64,000 nucleotides of DNA from Cyanobacteriota bacterium (GCA_033764955.1 JANRIL010000005.1:64001-128000), one strand, 5' to 3'. Shown: positions 1 to 10,547, counted from the stretch's first letter. Numbers and translations: made by a program. The notes: a model not told the origin generated them from the sequence alone.

Positions 1-1
1 G

Positions 2-532
2 CGTGTCAAAGATATAGACTTTGCCCAGCACCAGATTATCGTACGAGATGCCAAGGGGATGGAAAGTCACACTACAATGTTACCCTCAAGTATTGTTCAA
101 AAATTAGCTGAGCATTTGCAGGCTGTAAAGGGCTTACATCAGCAAGATTTGGAACGAGGTTACGGGGTAGTTCATTTGCCGTTTGCTCTAGCCCGACAGT
201 ATCCCAATGCGGCTAAAGAATGGATTTGGCAGTATGTTTTTCCATCAGATCGGATCTCTCAGGATCCTCGTGGTGAGGCAATGCTCCGTTATCATCTCCA
301 TGAAAGTGGCTTGCAAAAGGCGATCAAACAAGCCGTGAAGGTCGCAGGTATTCAAAAAAGGGTAGGGTGCCATACTTTTCGGCATAGTTTTGCCACCCAT
401 TTGCTGCAAAACGGGTATGACATTCGCACGGTACAAGAGCTTCTGGGACACAAAGATGTCAAGACAACCATGATCTACACTCATGTATTGAATAAAGGCG
501 GTCGTGGAGTGAGAAGTCCACTGGATGATTGA
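2..532 (+). CDS. intI: Integron integrase (tyrosine recombinase), C-terminal part; 5' end lies outside the window
   Basis: Frame is open from base 2 ([19 protein letters not shown]...). It has the integron-specific insertion [30 protein letters not shown], the [12 protein letters not shown] motif, [16 protein letters not shown] (catalytic H/Y) and the typical C-terminus GVRSPLD. Confidence 0.93.
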   Translation, partial: RVKDIDFAQHQIIVRDAKGMESHTTMLPSSIVQKLAEHLQAVKGLHQQDLERGYGVVHLPFALARQYPNAAKEWIWQYVFPSDRISQDPRGEAMLRYHLHESGLQKAIKQAVKVAGIQKRVGCHTFRHSFATHLLQNGYDIRTVQELLGHKDVKTTMIYTHVLNKGGRGVRSPLDD

Positions 533-696
533 AGCGTTGGGATCCCCTGCGGATGAGGGATGACTTCCAGGCACGGAAGCAAGATAAAGGTGTGGGATCC
601 GGAGTTAGGTTATTCGATGCAGGTATCTAGATTGAAACGGGGCGATATTACAAGGGTGTTGAATCAGTACTACTATGGATGACGGCCTTACACACG

Positions 697-787
697 GTCT
701 AACAGTCCCGTTTGCCCACCGATCGGATCCCGTTGGCTAAGTGAGTCCGCAAGGTTATTAGCGACGGGTGAATGGGGGCGGTATTGA
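697..787 (+). mobile_element. Degenerate attC-like integron cassette recombination site
   Basis: R'' box GTCTAAC (RYYYAAC) at 697-703. Imperfect inverted arms CCCGTT(TGCC)CACCGATCG / CGACGGGTGAATGGG. R' is decayed (GGTATTG instead of GTTRRRY). A short reading frame ends with the TAA inside R''. Confidence 0.55.
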
Positions 788-801
788 ATTGATGACAGAC
801 C

Positions 802-2499
802 TTAGGCAAACAGATTCAGATCCGTCACCGCCCCCAAACTGCTGCTAGAGACCAAGCGAGCATACTTGGCTAGCACCCCTTTTTGATAGCGGGGAGCCGG
901 AGGTTGCCACTGAGCGCGCCGTTCGGCCAGCTCTTGATCGCTGATGTTGAGTTGCAACAATCGAGCAGGGGCATCAATCGTAATCGAATCTCCCTCCCTA
1001 ACCAGGGCAATCGTACCTCCCACGGCGGCCTCAGGAGCCACATGCCCCACCACCATGCCATAGGTTCCCCCAGAGAAGCGTCCATCCGTAATTAAGCCCA
1101 CGCTATCCCCTAGTCCAGCTCCGATAATCGCCGAAGTGGGTGAGAGCATCTCCCGCATACCAGGGCCACCCTTCGGACCTTCGTAGCGCACAATGATCAC
1201 ATCCCCCGCTTGGATATTGCCCGCCAAGATCGCTTGCAGACAGTCTTCTTCCGACTCAAAAACACGGGCTGGTCCGGTAATCTGGGGATTTTTCACCCCC
1301 GTAATCTTAGCCACCGCTCCTTCTTCCGCCAGGTTGCCCCGCAAAATCGCCAAATGTCCCTGCGGATAAATGGGGTTGTGCCAAGGGCGGATCACGTCTT
1401 GATCGGCGGCTGGCTCGGCAGGAATGGGATCCAACAATTCGGCTATGGTTTGTCCGGTGATGGTGAGCGCCTCAGGGTGCAACAAGTCATGCACCAGCAG
1501 CATTTTCATCACCTGCGGGATCCCGCCTGCTCTGTGCAAATCGGTGGCAACATAGCGACCCGAGGGCTTGAGATCGCAAAGCACTGGGGTACGGGCGCGG
1601 ATCGCCTCAAAATCATCCAGCTTCAGATCCACACCCGCTGCATGAGCAATCGCCAGAAAGTGCAGCACCGCATTGGTGGATCCCCCCACCGCCATAATGA
1701 CCGCCAGAGCATTTTCTATCGACTGACGGGTGATAATGTGGCGAGGCAAGAGTTGTTTCTGAATGGCTTGGGCTAGCACTTGGGCGGATTGAGCCGTGCT
1801 CTCAGCTTTTTCAGGATCCTCCGCTGCCATTGTCGAGGAATACATCAAACTCATGCCCATCGCTTCAAAGGCTGACGACATCGTATTGGCGGTATACATC
1901 CCCCCACAGGATCCCGCCCCTGGGCAGGCGTGGCGCTCTACAGCCAACAGCTCGCTCTCCCCCATTTTGCCCGCGCTGTATCGTCCGACGGCTTCAAAGG
2001 CACTGACAATCGTCAGATCTTGACCTGCATAGTGTCCCGGCTTAATCGTGCCCCCATAGACAAAGATGGCTGGGATGTTGAGACGAGCCATCGCAATCAT
2101 CGCTCCCGGCATATTTTTGTCACAGCCACCAATTGCCAACAACCCATCCATACTTTGGGCATTCACCGCTGTTTCAATCGAGTCGGCGATCACCTCCCGC
2201 GATACCAAGGAATATTTCATCCCCTCCGTGCCCATGGAAATGCCATCACTGACGGTAATGGTGCCAAACATTTGGGGCATGGTGCCCGCCGCCTGTAAAG
2301 CCGCTTCCGCTCGTACCGCCAGGGTTTGAATCCCCATATTGCAGGGAGTAATCGTACTGTAGCCATTGGCTAACCCGACAATCGGTTTGTCAAAATCCTC
2401 ATCCTGAAAGCCCACCGCCCGCAGCATGGCGCGATTGGGAGAACGCTGCACCCCCTGGGTGACAGTGCGACTTCTCAAGTTGGCAGGATGGCTGGACAT
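802..2499 (-). CDS. ilvD: Dihydroxy-acid dehydratase
   Basis: Motifs [52 protein letters not shown]. Confidence 0.97.
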   Translation of the reverse strand: MSSHPANLRSRTVTQGVQRSPNRAMLRAVGFQDEDFDKPIVGLANGYSTITPCNMGIQTLAVRAEAALQAAGTMPQMFGTITVSDGISMGTEGMKYSLVSREVIADSIETAVNAQSMDGLLAIGGCDKNMPGAMIAMARLNIPAIFVYGGTIKPGHYAGQDLTIVSAFEAVGRYSAGKMGESELLAVERHACPGAGSCGGMYTANTMSSAFEAMGMSLMYSSTMAAEDPEKAESTAQSAQVLAQAIQKQLLPRHIITRQSIENALAVIMAVGGSTNAVLHFLAIAHAAGVDLKLDDFEAIRARTPVLCDLKPSGRYVATDLHRAGGIPQVMKMLLVHDLLHPEALTITGQTIAELLDPIPAEPAADQDVIRPWHNPIYPQGHLAILRGNLAEEGAVAKITGVKNPQITGPARVFESEEDCLQAILAGNIQAGDVIIVRYEGPKGGPGMREMLSPTSAIIGAGLGDSVGLITDGRFSGGTYGMVVGHVAPEAAVGGTIALVREGDSITIDAPARLLQLNISDQELAERRAQWQPPAPRYQKGVLAKYARLVSSSSLGAVTDLNLFA

Positions 2500-2650
2500 A
2501 ACCGATAACCCTCAGACAAAACGTGGCCGATAACAACCGATTATTAGGCTACCGCACCGATGTGGCTAGCCGGCTGCCTTTTTGGGGATTCTTCATCTCA
2601 GATGGTGAGGATGTCGGGATCCCTTTGTTGGTAGCTATGGGAGTGAAAAA

Positions 2651-3481
2651 TTAGCCCAAGAGGGTTTTGCTGGTGGAGTCCTGCATATCCCCAAAGCGGC
2701 TCAAGAAAAATTCTAGGGTTTGTTCCCGAATAAACCCTTGCTCAACCAGGGCACGGCCAAAATAGATCTTTTGCCGTTTTTGCAGGCGGAGGGCTTCCAC
2801 AATCTGGGTTTCGGTCACCAATCCTGCCGCCCGCATATATTCACCAATCGGGTGTTTCACCCCCATCGGCAGATCTGGCTTGTTTTGATCTTGTAGCAAA
2901 AATTCGATGGTCTCCAGCCTGACCCATCCCTGAGCAATCACTGCCTCTCCTAGCAACATACCGGTGCGTTGTTGCAAACTACAGGCTTGCTCCATTTGCT
3001 CCGGCGAGACCAACCCCATCTCTACTAACAACGTCTTGAGGATCTGATGACGCTGGTGATCAACAGGGGTGGGAATACGAATTTCATGAAAATTGGCATA
3101 GACCCTCGTGCCAAAGCGGATCGGATCCCCATCCTGCAAAAAGTGGGATCCCTTGAGCCGTTGTCCACGCACAAAGACCCCATTGGCGCTGGGCTTATCG
3201 TGACCATCCCCATCCCGCAGTTCATAACTTTCCCCCGGCTGATCCTCGGCCACCGTCAAAATCCCGTGAAACCGAGAAACATAGCGATCCGCCAGATGCA
3301 AGGTGCAGGTGGGATCCCGGCCAATCACAAACATCGGTTGATTCAAATAAATAATCTGGCGAGGGGAATTTTCCTCTCCGGGCAGACCGATATTTTCTCG
3401 AATGATCAGTAGGCAAGGCCGTGATCGCTGCGCCAGATCCGCCTCAGATAGGAGTGTTTTGGCATACTCCAGACTATACAT
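2651..3481 (-). CDS. FHA domain protein with C-terminal MshEN-like (GspE/PilB N-terminal) repeats
   Basis: FHA motifs IGRD, VSRFHG, SANGVFV. C-terminal repeats LLVEMGLVSPEQM..LQ, LLGEAVIAQGWV, IGEYMRAAGLVTETQIVEALRLQ, FGRALVEQGFI. Confidence 0.75.
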   Translation of the reverse strand: MYSLEYAKTLLSEADLAQRSRPCLLIIRENIGLPGEENSPRQIIYLNQPMFVIGRDPTCTLHLADRYVSRFHGILTVAEDQPGESYELRDGDGHDKPSANGVFVRGQRLKGSHFLQDGDPIRFGTRVYANFHEIRIPTPVDHQRHQILKTLLVEMGLVSPEQMEQACSLQQRTGMLLGEAVIAQGWVRLETIEFLLQDQNKPDLPMGVKHPIGEYMRAAGLVTETQIVEALRLQKRQKIYFGRALVEQGFIREQTLEFFLSRFGDMQDSTSKTLLG

Positions 3482-3764
3482 TTAGAAGTTCACTCGTTGA
3501 CAGCTAGGGTTAACCAGAGAGTTGACCAGCCAGAGGGGAGACTGGTTGCTTGAGCAGTTGTCTTCGCCAATACAAAAATTCAGTGAGATATCCCCCCAAG
3601 GACTCATGACAAATGGACTAAACCTGGCTTATTTTAACGCTTGCAAACATTGTTCTCACTCTCCTCAACAAATCTATTTTCAAAAGTCATAAGGTGGCAC
3701 TAAGATATTTCTGGCGATCAAGTTCGGGTCAGCAGGTAGACGTGTTTACTGTCCAAATGGGTTT

Positions 3765-3795
3765 TCCGAACTGGAAGCTACTCACACAGTTCGGA
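3765..3795 (+). promoter_or_regulatory. 5' leader hairpin of the rbp gene covering the GGAG Shine-Dalgarno-like sequence
   Basis: TCCGAACTG (3765-3773) is the perfect reverse complement of CAGTTCGGA (3787-3795). TCCGAA/TTCGGAG boxes are known from cyanobacterial rbp leaders. Confidence 0.65.
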
Positions 3796-3806
3796 GTTTT
3801 TAGGCC

Positions 3807-4121
3807 ATGACTATTTTTGTGGGAAACCTCTCCTTTAAGGCAAGTGAAGAAGATTTGCGGGATGTCTTTGCCGAGTATGGCGGTGTCAAGCAGATCAAGT
3901 TACCGGTAGACCGTGAGACGGGTCGCAAGCGGGGCTTTGCCTTCGTTGAGTTAGAAAACGAAGCCGACGAGCAAAAGGCCATCGATGAATTGGATGGAGC
4001 CAATTGGATGGGGCGAGATCTGCGGGTCAACAAAGCCCAACCTCGCCAAATGGATGGCGGTGGTGGTGGACGGGAAAGCCGTGGTGGCGGCGGTGGCTAT
4101 CGTCCCCGCAACAATTTCTAG
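3807..4121 (+). CDS. rbp: RRM RNA-binding protein with Gly-rich tail (cyanobacterial Rbp)
   Basis: RNP2 IFVGNL, RNP1 RGFAFVEL, glycine-rich C-terminus. Confidence 0.95.
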   Translation: MTIFVGNLSFKASEEDLRDVFAEYGGVKQIKLPVDRETGRKRGFAFVELENEADEQKAIDELDGANWMGRDLRVNKAQPRQMDGGGGGRESRGGGGGYRPRNNF

Positions 4122-4276
4122 GCAACTCTATTCAGCTAGTCATATCAGCTAGTCATAATAGTTGATGGATAGGGATCCCCACCACTGTCCCTTTAATGGG
4201 CTGAGGAGAAAAGGGATCCCTTTTGTCGATCCTCTACTATGGGGAATCCCATCCATAGGGGGCTTCTCTGACTTTC

Positions 4277-5455
4277 TTAGGTGTTACCCTCGGAAGGTTG
4301 CGGTGAGGCTAAATCAGCAGGGGTAGAGGGGGGCAGAGGATCCCCTCCTAAGTAGCCAAAGAGTTGCTCCATTAGCTCTTGACGTTGAGCGGGGGAGAGG
4401 GGCGACGAAATCGGGAAGTTAGGGAGAGCCAGGGTGACGCGCTCAATCAACTCGCTCCCCCCTTGCTTTTGTTGGATCCCCCAGGCTCGCTTGACCATAT
4501 TTTCGGCGGCGCTCAATTCTAACCCTGACTGGTTGACCAGCCAATGGGTCAGCGCTTCCAGATCGGGATCAAACCGGAAGCGATACATATAAACCAACAT
4601 ACCCACCCCTAAGATGATGCCGATAGCGCTAGCTAGATAAGCCACCTTGATGGGAGTGTTGCCCAGATAAGCAACGGCAGAAACCCGCAAGACTTCATAA
4701 GGGATCCGAATCAGGCTGTAGCCAATCAGATAGCTCCACAACCAGGTGCCATCCTTGAGCTTGGGCTTTTTCCAAAACATGCCCATCAACAATGCAAACA
4801 GGAGCAGGTTAAGCAGGCTCTCGTAGAGAAAGATGGGATGGAAAAGTTCCATATCCCGAAAATCAATATCACGGGAGCGATCCACCACCCGCATCTCCGG
4901 TGGAATAAACTGGGCAATCGGCCAGGCACTGTCTGCGGCGATGGGGGATCCATAGGCCTCAGAGTTAAAGAAGTTGCCCCACCGTCCGATGGCTTGTCCC
5001 AAAATCAAACTGGGCATCAAAATATCGGCATATTTCCAGCCGTTGATGCCGGTGAAGCGGGCATAGAAATAGAGAGCCAGACCCGCGGCCAAAATGCCAC
5101 CGTGGATGATGATCCCCCCCTGCCAGATAGCCAAAGCTGACCACGGACTCGCTCGAAAATCATCCCAATGGGTAGCGACATAATAGGCTCTTGCTCCCGC
5201 AAAGCCCGTCACAATCAGCAGCAGCGCCAACTGCTCCACCCGCTCTCCCGCCTGTCCGGGATCCCGTTCCAGACGCCGCTGTTCTGCCAGAAATTTAGCC
5301 AGCAATAGGCCAACCAAGACGGCAGTCGCCATCAAGAGACCATACCAACGCAGCCCCAGCCCCCCCACCAGAGGGGTATCGGCAGGAAACTGAAAGACAA
5401 ACTCGCCGGGTGAGCGCAAAACCAATCCGCCGACAGACACAAAATTGGAGAGCAT
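4277..5455 (-). CDS. lgt: Prolipoprotein diacylglyceryl transferase with a C-terminal extension
   Basis: LRWYGLL, GARAYYV, IWQGG..IHGG, GQAIGRWGNFFNSEAYG, HPIFLYES. Confidence 0.93.
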   Translation of the reverse strand: MLSNFVSVGGLVLRSPGEFVFQFPADTPLVGGLGLRWYGLLMATAVLVGLLLAKFLAEQRRLERDPGQAGERVEQLALLLIVTGFAGARAYYVATHWDDFRASPWSALAIWQGGIIIHGGILAAGLALYFYARFTGINGWKYADILMPSLILGQAIGRWGNFFNSEAYGSPIAADSAWPIAQFIPPEMRVVDRSRDIDFRDMELFHPIFLYESLLNLLLFALLMGMFWKKPKLKDGTWLWSYLIGYSLIRIPYEVLRVSAVAYLGNTPIKVAYLASAIGIILGVGMLVYMYRFRFDPDLEALTHWLVNQSGLELSAAENMVKRAWGIQQKQGGSELIERVTLALPNFPISSPLSPAQRQELMEQLFGYLGGDPLPPSTPADLASPQPSEGNT

Positions 5456-5782
5456 CCCTCACCATCACCTTACGAAACAACAACAGAATACCCCCCATTC
5501 TTCTGTCGGATCCCATCCTCAAGACAGAGCTAAGGAGTGCTTACCCACCTTATCCTGCCAGTCCGATGCCCCATTGCACAAATTCTTCCAGCCGCCACCC
5601 AGATGAATTCAGCCAGCTTCCGCCATCGCTACTCCTCCAGATTCTCGCGGTTCTCAAAGGGATCCACAAACCAATCTGTGACCAAGACCTGCTATCGTAT
5701 TGCAGGTGTTTAGGTGGAAGGGGAATCTGGCAGTACGGGTTCACCCCCTCCCCCTCTCAGGCCAGCGGGCAAGCCACAACCT

Positions 5783-6511
5783 ATGAAATATCAACGCATC
5801 TTATTAAAGCTCAGTGGGGAAGCCCTGATGGGGGAGCAAGCCTTCGGGATTGACTCGGAAGTCCTCCAGTCGATTGCCAATGAGGTCGCCTCCGTGGTGC
5901 GGGCAGGGGTGCAGGTGGCGATTGTGGTAGGGGGAGGAAACATCTGGCGAGGCCGCAAAGAAGGAGCCGCCCAGGGCATGGATCAAGCCTCCGCCGATTA
6001 TGTGGGGATGTTAGCCACGGTGATCAATGCCCTCACCCTACAAGATGCCCTGGAACGGAACGGTATTCCCACCCGCGTGCAAACAGCAATTGCCATGCAA
6101 GAAGTCGCCGAACCCTATATCCGCCGTCGCGCCATCCGCCACCTGGAAAAAGGACGGGTGGTGATCTTTGGGGCCGGATCCGGCAATCCGTTCTTTACTA
6201 CCGATACGACCGCCGCCCTACGAGCTGCCGAGATTGATGCTCAGGTGATTTTTAAGGCCACCAAAGTGGATGGGGTGTATGACGCAGATCCAAAACTGCA
6301 TCCCCAAGCCAAACGCTACGAAACCCTTAGCTATCAAGATGTCTTAACCCAAGACCTGCGGGTGATGGACACCACGGCCATTGCTCTGTGCAAAGAAAAC
6401 AACATTCCCATTGTCGTGTTTGATCTGACCACCGCCGGCAATATCTATCGTGTGATTTGCGGAGAACCGATTGGCACCACCGTCGGATCCCTGCCGGTCA
6501 CGATGGCCTAA
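5783..6511 (+). CDS. pyrH: UMP kinase
   Basis: [49 protein letters not shown] at 5783 chosen as start. Confidence 0.97.
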   Translation: MKYQRILLKLSGEALMGEQAFGIDSEVLQSIANEVASVVRAGVQVAIVVGGGNIWRGRKEGAAQGMDQASADYVGMLATVINALTLQDALERNGIPTRVQTAIAMQEVAEPYIRRRAIRHLEKGRVVIFGAGSGNPFFTTDTTAALRAAEIDAQVIFKATKVDGVYDADPKLHPQAKRYETLSYQDVLTQDLRVMDTTAIALCKENNIPIVVFDLTTAGNIYRVICGEPIGTTVGSLPVTMA

Positions 6512-6618
6512 AAGATGGATTTTTAAGCCAGTGAACCGGATCCCCTGCCCAGAGATTGCGCTTGTCAAAGCAGGATAGCGATGGATAGGATCAGGGTTAC
6601 GGTTTGGAGACGAGTACC

Positions 6619-7137
6619 ATGATTGAGATGCAGGTTGCGGGGATTGCCGTCGATGCTTCCAACCAAAGTCCAATCGTGATCTTGCGGGATCCGAGTGAAC
6701 GGCGTGCCCTGCCGATTTGGGTGGGTCGAGCTGAAGCCAACGCGATTTTGCAGGCGCTCGACGATCAAAAGCCCCCCCGCCCCATGACCCATGATCTGCT
6801 GCTCAATTCTTGGCAAACCTGGGGGATCACCGTCGAGCGGATTGTCATCCATGCCCTGCTCGACAACACCTTTTATGCCGTGCTCACTACCGTAAATGGC
6901 GATAAAAAGCAAGAGATTGATTGTCGTCCCAGCGATGCAATTGCGATCGCTCTGCGCGCCAATGTGCCGATCTGGACGGTGGAAGAAGTGATTGCTGAAG
7001 CGTCTATTCCCATGAACCAGGACGCCGATGATGCCGAGCGGGAAGCCTTTCGCAGCTTTCTAGCCGATGTCAGTCCCAAAGATTTTATCCATCGCGCTCA
7101 GCCCCTATCGGATCCCTCCGCGGATCCCCAAACTTGA
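6619..7137 (+). CDS. Bifunctional nuclease family protein (DUF151)
   Basis: PIVILRD, LPIWVG..EA, RPMTHDL, IDCRPSDAIAIALR. Confidence 0.9.
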   Translation: MIEMQVAGIAVDASNQSPIVILRDPSERRALPIWVGRAEANAILQALDDQKPPRPMTHDLLLNSWQTWGITVERIVIHALLDNTFYAVLTTVNGDKKQEIDCRPSDAIAIALRANVPIWTVEEVIAEASIPMNQDADDAEREAFRSFLADVSPKDFIHRAQPLSDPSADPQT

Positions 7138-7358
7138 GGTTTGAGAGCCTGTCTGCCTAGCTCCCTATGGTCGGATGTAGGTACGGGATCCGCCGCTTCA
7201 GCTCCTTCGCTAGGGGTGGGATCCCGTATTTCGCCGGCAAAAGAGGGGTGTTAACATTTAGTTAATGAACCTGTTCATTGCCTCGACTCACTTATCGTTC
7301 ATTAATGTTTCATTGATGTTCATGCCGCATTTTGGCTCTCGTTACTGGAGTATCACTC

Positions 7359-7721
7359 ATGGCGAACCCAATCAACTTTTTGCCAGGTTTTGAAGGACTA
7401 CAGGCTCCCAGTACAGAAAATACTCTCTGGGAATATCTGCAAGCCCAGGATCCACAAGTATTTCAAGATATTGCTCAATCCTCTTCTCCCGAAGTATTAG
7501 AAATTCTCGGTCACAACATTCGTAGTCTGGTGGGTGCTTTACCCCCTGAACAGTTTGGGGTGCAAATCGTCACCAATCGAGAAAGCTTAGCCAAGATGCT
7601 GTCGGGAGCGATGATGGGTGGCTACTTTTTGCGAGTGATGGAGCAACGCCTGCATCTGGAGCAAGCGATGGGGCAAGCTCCGGCTCATCCTGAGTTACCG
7701 GACAATCGTCCCCAAGATTAA
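7359..7721 (+). CDS. DUF760 family protein (cyanobacterial/plastid)
   Basis: NTLWEYLQ, LVGALPPEQFGVQIVTNRESLAKML..AMMGGYFLR..EQRLHLE. Confidence 0.8.
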   Translation: MANPINFLPGFEGLQAPSTENTLWEYLQAQDPQVFQDIAQSSSPEVLEILGHNIRSLVGALPPEQFGVQIVTNRESLAKMLSGAMMGGYFLRVMEQRLHLEQAMGQAPAHPELPDNRPQD

Positions 7722-7743
7722 TGGCTGAAGGCTTTGTCTATCT

Positions 7744-7775
7744 CCCCCCTCCCAAAAGTGGAGAGGGGGTTTTTC
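7744..7775 (+). terminator. Possible intrinsic terminator
   Basis: Imperfect C-rich/G-rich hairpin (CCCCCCTCCC aaaa GTGGAGAGGGGG) followed by a T-run, between convergent genes. Confidence 0.4.
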
Positions 7776-7832
7776 ATCTCAATCAAACTCAATCGAACTC
7801 AATTGAAATGGCCTTATTTCCAAGTGGATTGG

Positions 7833-9236
7833 CTATGCCGGTAAACCCATCACGGAGCGGTAACGGGCTTCTACCTCCCCAACCATCTGTGAGTGACGAT
7901 GGGGATCCCATTGGCTCTGTTCAAAGAATTGCTGCCGCAGATCCTCCACATTCAGCGTGGTCACCTGCCCCTGCTCCACCCGCAGCCGCCCCCCCACCCA
8001 AACGTGACTGACCGCCTGTACCGGACGCCCCCAGATCAGTAGCCCAATCGGATCGGTGCGGGGCAAGAGCGAAAGCTGCCGCAAATCATAAAGCACCAGA
8101 TCCGCCAGTTTGCCCACCGTCAAGGATCCCAGTTGATCCGCCATATTCAAGCCTTTGGCTCCCCCCAGAGCCGCCATCTCCACACTTTGGCGGGGGGTGA
8201 TCCAGTGGCGATAGTCAAAGTCAGTGATGTTGTGCAGCATCGAGCCAATTTTGATGGCTTCTAACAAATCCTGACCATCGTTGCTCGCCGATCCATCACA
8301 GCCAAAGGTGACATTCACCCCCGCCTGCCGATATTTCAGCAAGGGGGCAATGCCACTGCCCAGGCGCAGGTTACTGAGGGGGTTATGCACCACCGTCGAT
8401 TGGGTTTCCGCCAAGATGGCGATATCAGCATCCGTCAGCCAGACACAGTGAGCCAAGGAAGTACGGGATCCCAGATAGCCCAGATGCTTGAGGTGCTCCA
8501 CGCCACTATGGCCATACTTTTCCTCCGCCAGCATTTTTTGGGCTTTGGTTTCCAGCAGATGAGCATGGCGGCACAACTGATGCTGATCACTCAGGGCAAC
8601 ACACCCCTCAAACAAGGCATCACTGCACAACTGCAAGCCCGTGGGAGCCGTCATGATCTGGATCCCTTGCTCCGGTTGATGAAAGCGCTGCACCGCTTCT
8701 TGGAGCATCTGCAATACGGCTGGGGTAGAGAGATAGTAGGGATCCCCTGTCACCGCTGCTCCCCCCGTCGGAATACTGCTGGGCACAGCTTGATCCTGAA
8801 TCAAGGGGCCAATAAAGGCACGGATCCCCACTTCCCGATAGGCACGGGCAGCAGCAGCAATCGTTTCCAGTTCCTGTCCAGGGATCAGCACTAAATGATC
8901 CACAACGGTGGTTCCACCGGAGAGCAGGGTTTCTACGGCGGTGCCCAGAGCACTCAAATAAATTTTTTCGGGATCCAGGGGGCTAAATTCGTGCAGTTGA
9001 GCAATCCACAGCTCTAGCGGATAGGGAGGCACCAAACCCCGTTGCCACATTTCTGAAGAATGGGTGTGAGCATTAACAAACCCCGGCAGTAAAAGATGGT
9101 CGTGGGCAGGAATCGCTTGCCCAACCACCGCTAGGTCGGAGCCAATCGCGGCGATCCGCTCATCCACAATTTGCACATCCACCGTCTGATAGCCTGCTTC
9201 CACAGGGATCAGCACATTCTGAAGGGTATAGCTCAT
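7833..9236 (-). CDS. Metal-dependent amidohydrolase (AtzA/TrzN/guanine deaminase-like subfamily)
   Basis: LLPGFVNAHTH, HAHLLET, AHCVW, HNPLSNLRLGSG, GCDGSASND, GSLTVGKLADLV. Confidence 0.88.
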   Translation of the reverse strand: MSYTLQNVLIPVEAGYQTVDVQIVDERIAAIGSDLAVVGQAIPAHDHLLLPGFVNAHTHSSEMWQRGLVPPYPLELWIAQLHEFSPLDPEKIYLSALGTAVETLLSGGTTVVDHLVLIPGQELETIAAAARAYREVGIRAFIGPLIQDQAVPSSIPTGGAAVTGDPYYLSTPAVLQMLQEAVQRFHQPEQGIQIMTAPTGLQLCSDALFEGCVALSDQHQLCRHAHLLETKAQKMLAEEKYGHSGVEHLKHLGYLGSRTSLAHCVWLTDADIAILAETQSTVVHNPLSNLRLGSGIAPLLKYRQAGVNVTFGCDGSASNDGQDLLEAIKIGSMLHNITDFDYRHWITPRQSVEMAALGGAKGLNMADQLGSLTVGKLADLVLYDLRQLSLLPRTDPIGLLIWGRPVQAVSHVWVGGRLRVEQGQVTTLNVEDLRQQFFEQSQWDPHRHSQMVGEVEARYRSVMGLPA

Positions 9237-9415
9237 AAGCTCCAAAAAAGGGGTAGCGTCTCACAGACAGGGTCGCCGCCAGTCGGGGATCCCAAGCTGG
9301 GCAAACCCATATAGTCTAGACGATCCGCCCACTTAAAAAAGGACTCCTCTGTAACCGAGCCCATCGGCAAAACTATTGATCTGGGAAGCTGACCCGAATG
9401 AGCCGGGGGATCCCC

Positions 9416-9844
9416 TTAGGGAGCGGAGCGTTGCGCCGCAATTGCCAACTCCACATCAGGAATTTGTTGCAGCGTATCCATCACCCGCACCACATCCCCA
9501 TAAAGTTTTTCGGAGTCAGCGTTGATCACCACTAGGCGAGATTTTTTAGCCGGATTTTCCGGCTTGGTTTCGGCTAACACTTTTTCTACGGCTGCTTTTA
9601 GCCCATCAATAGAGACCTCCTGACGATTGACCGCGATCACCCCGTCTTTGGTCACACTAATGGTGGCATCCGGTTGCAACTTGCTCTGGGCTGTCGAAGC
9701 ATCCGGCAGATTGACATCAAGCGCTTCGGAGCGGGTTAAGACCAAACTGGCAATGATAAAAAACACCAGAATGGAAAAAATCACATCGATCAGGGGAACG
9801 ATGTTGATCTCGGCAGGTCTAGAATTCTCTTCCGGGATTCGCAT
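9416..9844 (-). CDS. exbD: Biopolymer transport protein ExbD/TolR
   Basis: EINIVPLIDVIFSILVFFII, VNLP, VINAD...YGDVVRVMD. Confidence 0.92.
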   Translation of the reverse strand: MRIPEENSRPAEINIVPLIDVIFSILVFFIIASLVLTRSEALDVNLPDASTAQSKLQPDATISVTKDGVIAVNRQEVSIDGLKAAVEKVLAETKPENPAKKSRLVVINADSEKLYGDVVRVMDTLQQIPDVELAIAAQRSAP

Positions 9845-10547
9845 AGGGTTCCTTCTTGGGGGATTCTAGGGAGGATGGGTAGGGTTGGGATCCGGTGGGG
9901 GGAGGCACATAGCCCTGGGAACGCCGCTCAAAGTATTGACGATGGAACAGTTCCAGTTGTCCGCCATATTCTTGAATCTTGGACAGTTGCCGCACATAAA
10001 GCGAGCGAAAAATATTGGCAATAAACACCGTGGGCAAGGCCACGATCAGCCCTCCCGCTGTGGAGTAGAGCGCTTCTGCAATCCCACTCCCCACCCCTTG
10101 GGTGTCGGTACTGCCGATGTCCCCCAATTCAATGGATCCTAACGTGGTGATAATACCCGTCACGGTGCCAAACAAACCCAGTAGCGGGGCCAGGGTGATC
10201 ACCGTATCAAATACGGTATTGAAACGCTTGAGCAAAGGAATTTCTGCGGCTAGGGCTGTTTCGAGGGACAGGCGAAAATCTTCGGGAGGGGCATCGTTAA
10301 TTTCCAAACCCGCCATAAAAATTCGTGCAATCGGCAGATCAGCGTTTTGCTCCAACTTAAACAAAGCCGCCCGTGGATTGCGGTGATAGATCGCCAAACA
10401 CTCCCGCACCACCTGCTCCTGCCGCCGAGTGATTTTTTGCCAAAATAGGGCACGTTCAATACTACAGGCCACTGAAAAGATGGACAGTAGCAGGAGGGGC
10501 ACTGCGTAGTACCAGCCTGTTATAAATTGCTCACGGAGTACATCCAT
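9819..10547 (-). CDS. exbB: MotA/TolQ/ExbB proton channel protein
   Basis: APLLGLFGTVTGII, GIAEALYSTAGGLIVA. Overlaps the start of exbD. Confidence 0.92.
   Translation of the reverse strand: MDVLREQFITGWYYAVPLLLLSIFSVACSIERALFWQKITRRQEQVVRECLAIYHRNPRAALFKLEQNADLPIARIFMAGLEINDAPPEDFRLSLETALAAEIPLLKRFNTVFDTVITLAPLLGLFGTVTGIITTLGSIELGDIGSTDTQGVGSGIAEALYSTAGGLIVALPTVFIANIFRSLYVRQLSKIQEYGGQLELFHRQYFERRSQGYVPPPTGSQPYPSSLESPKKEPYANPGREF

Noticed and set aside
4132..4157. 13-bp tandem duplication TCAGCTAGTCATA after rbp (and a similar 14-bp one at about 38541-38567)
   Set aside because: Two copies only; most simply explained as slippage duplications.
9416..10547. exbBD without tonB as something unusual
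   Set aside because: Unlinked exbBD pairs are common in cyanobacteria.
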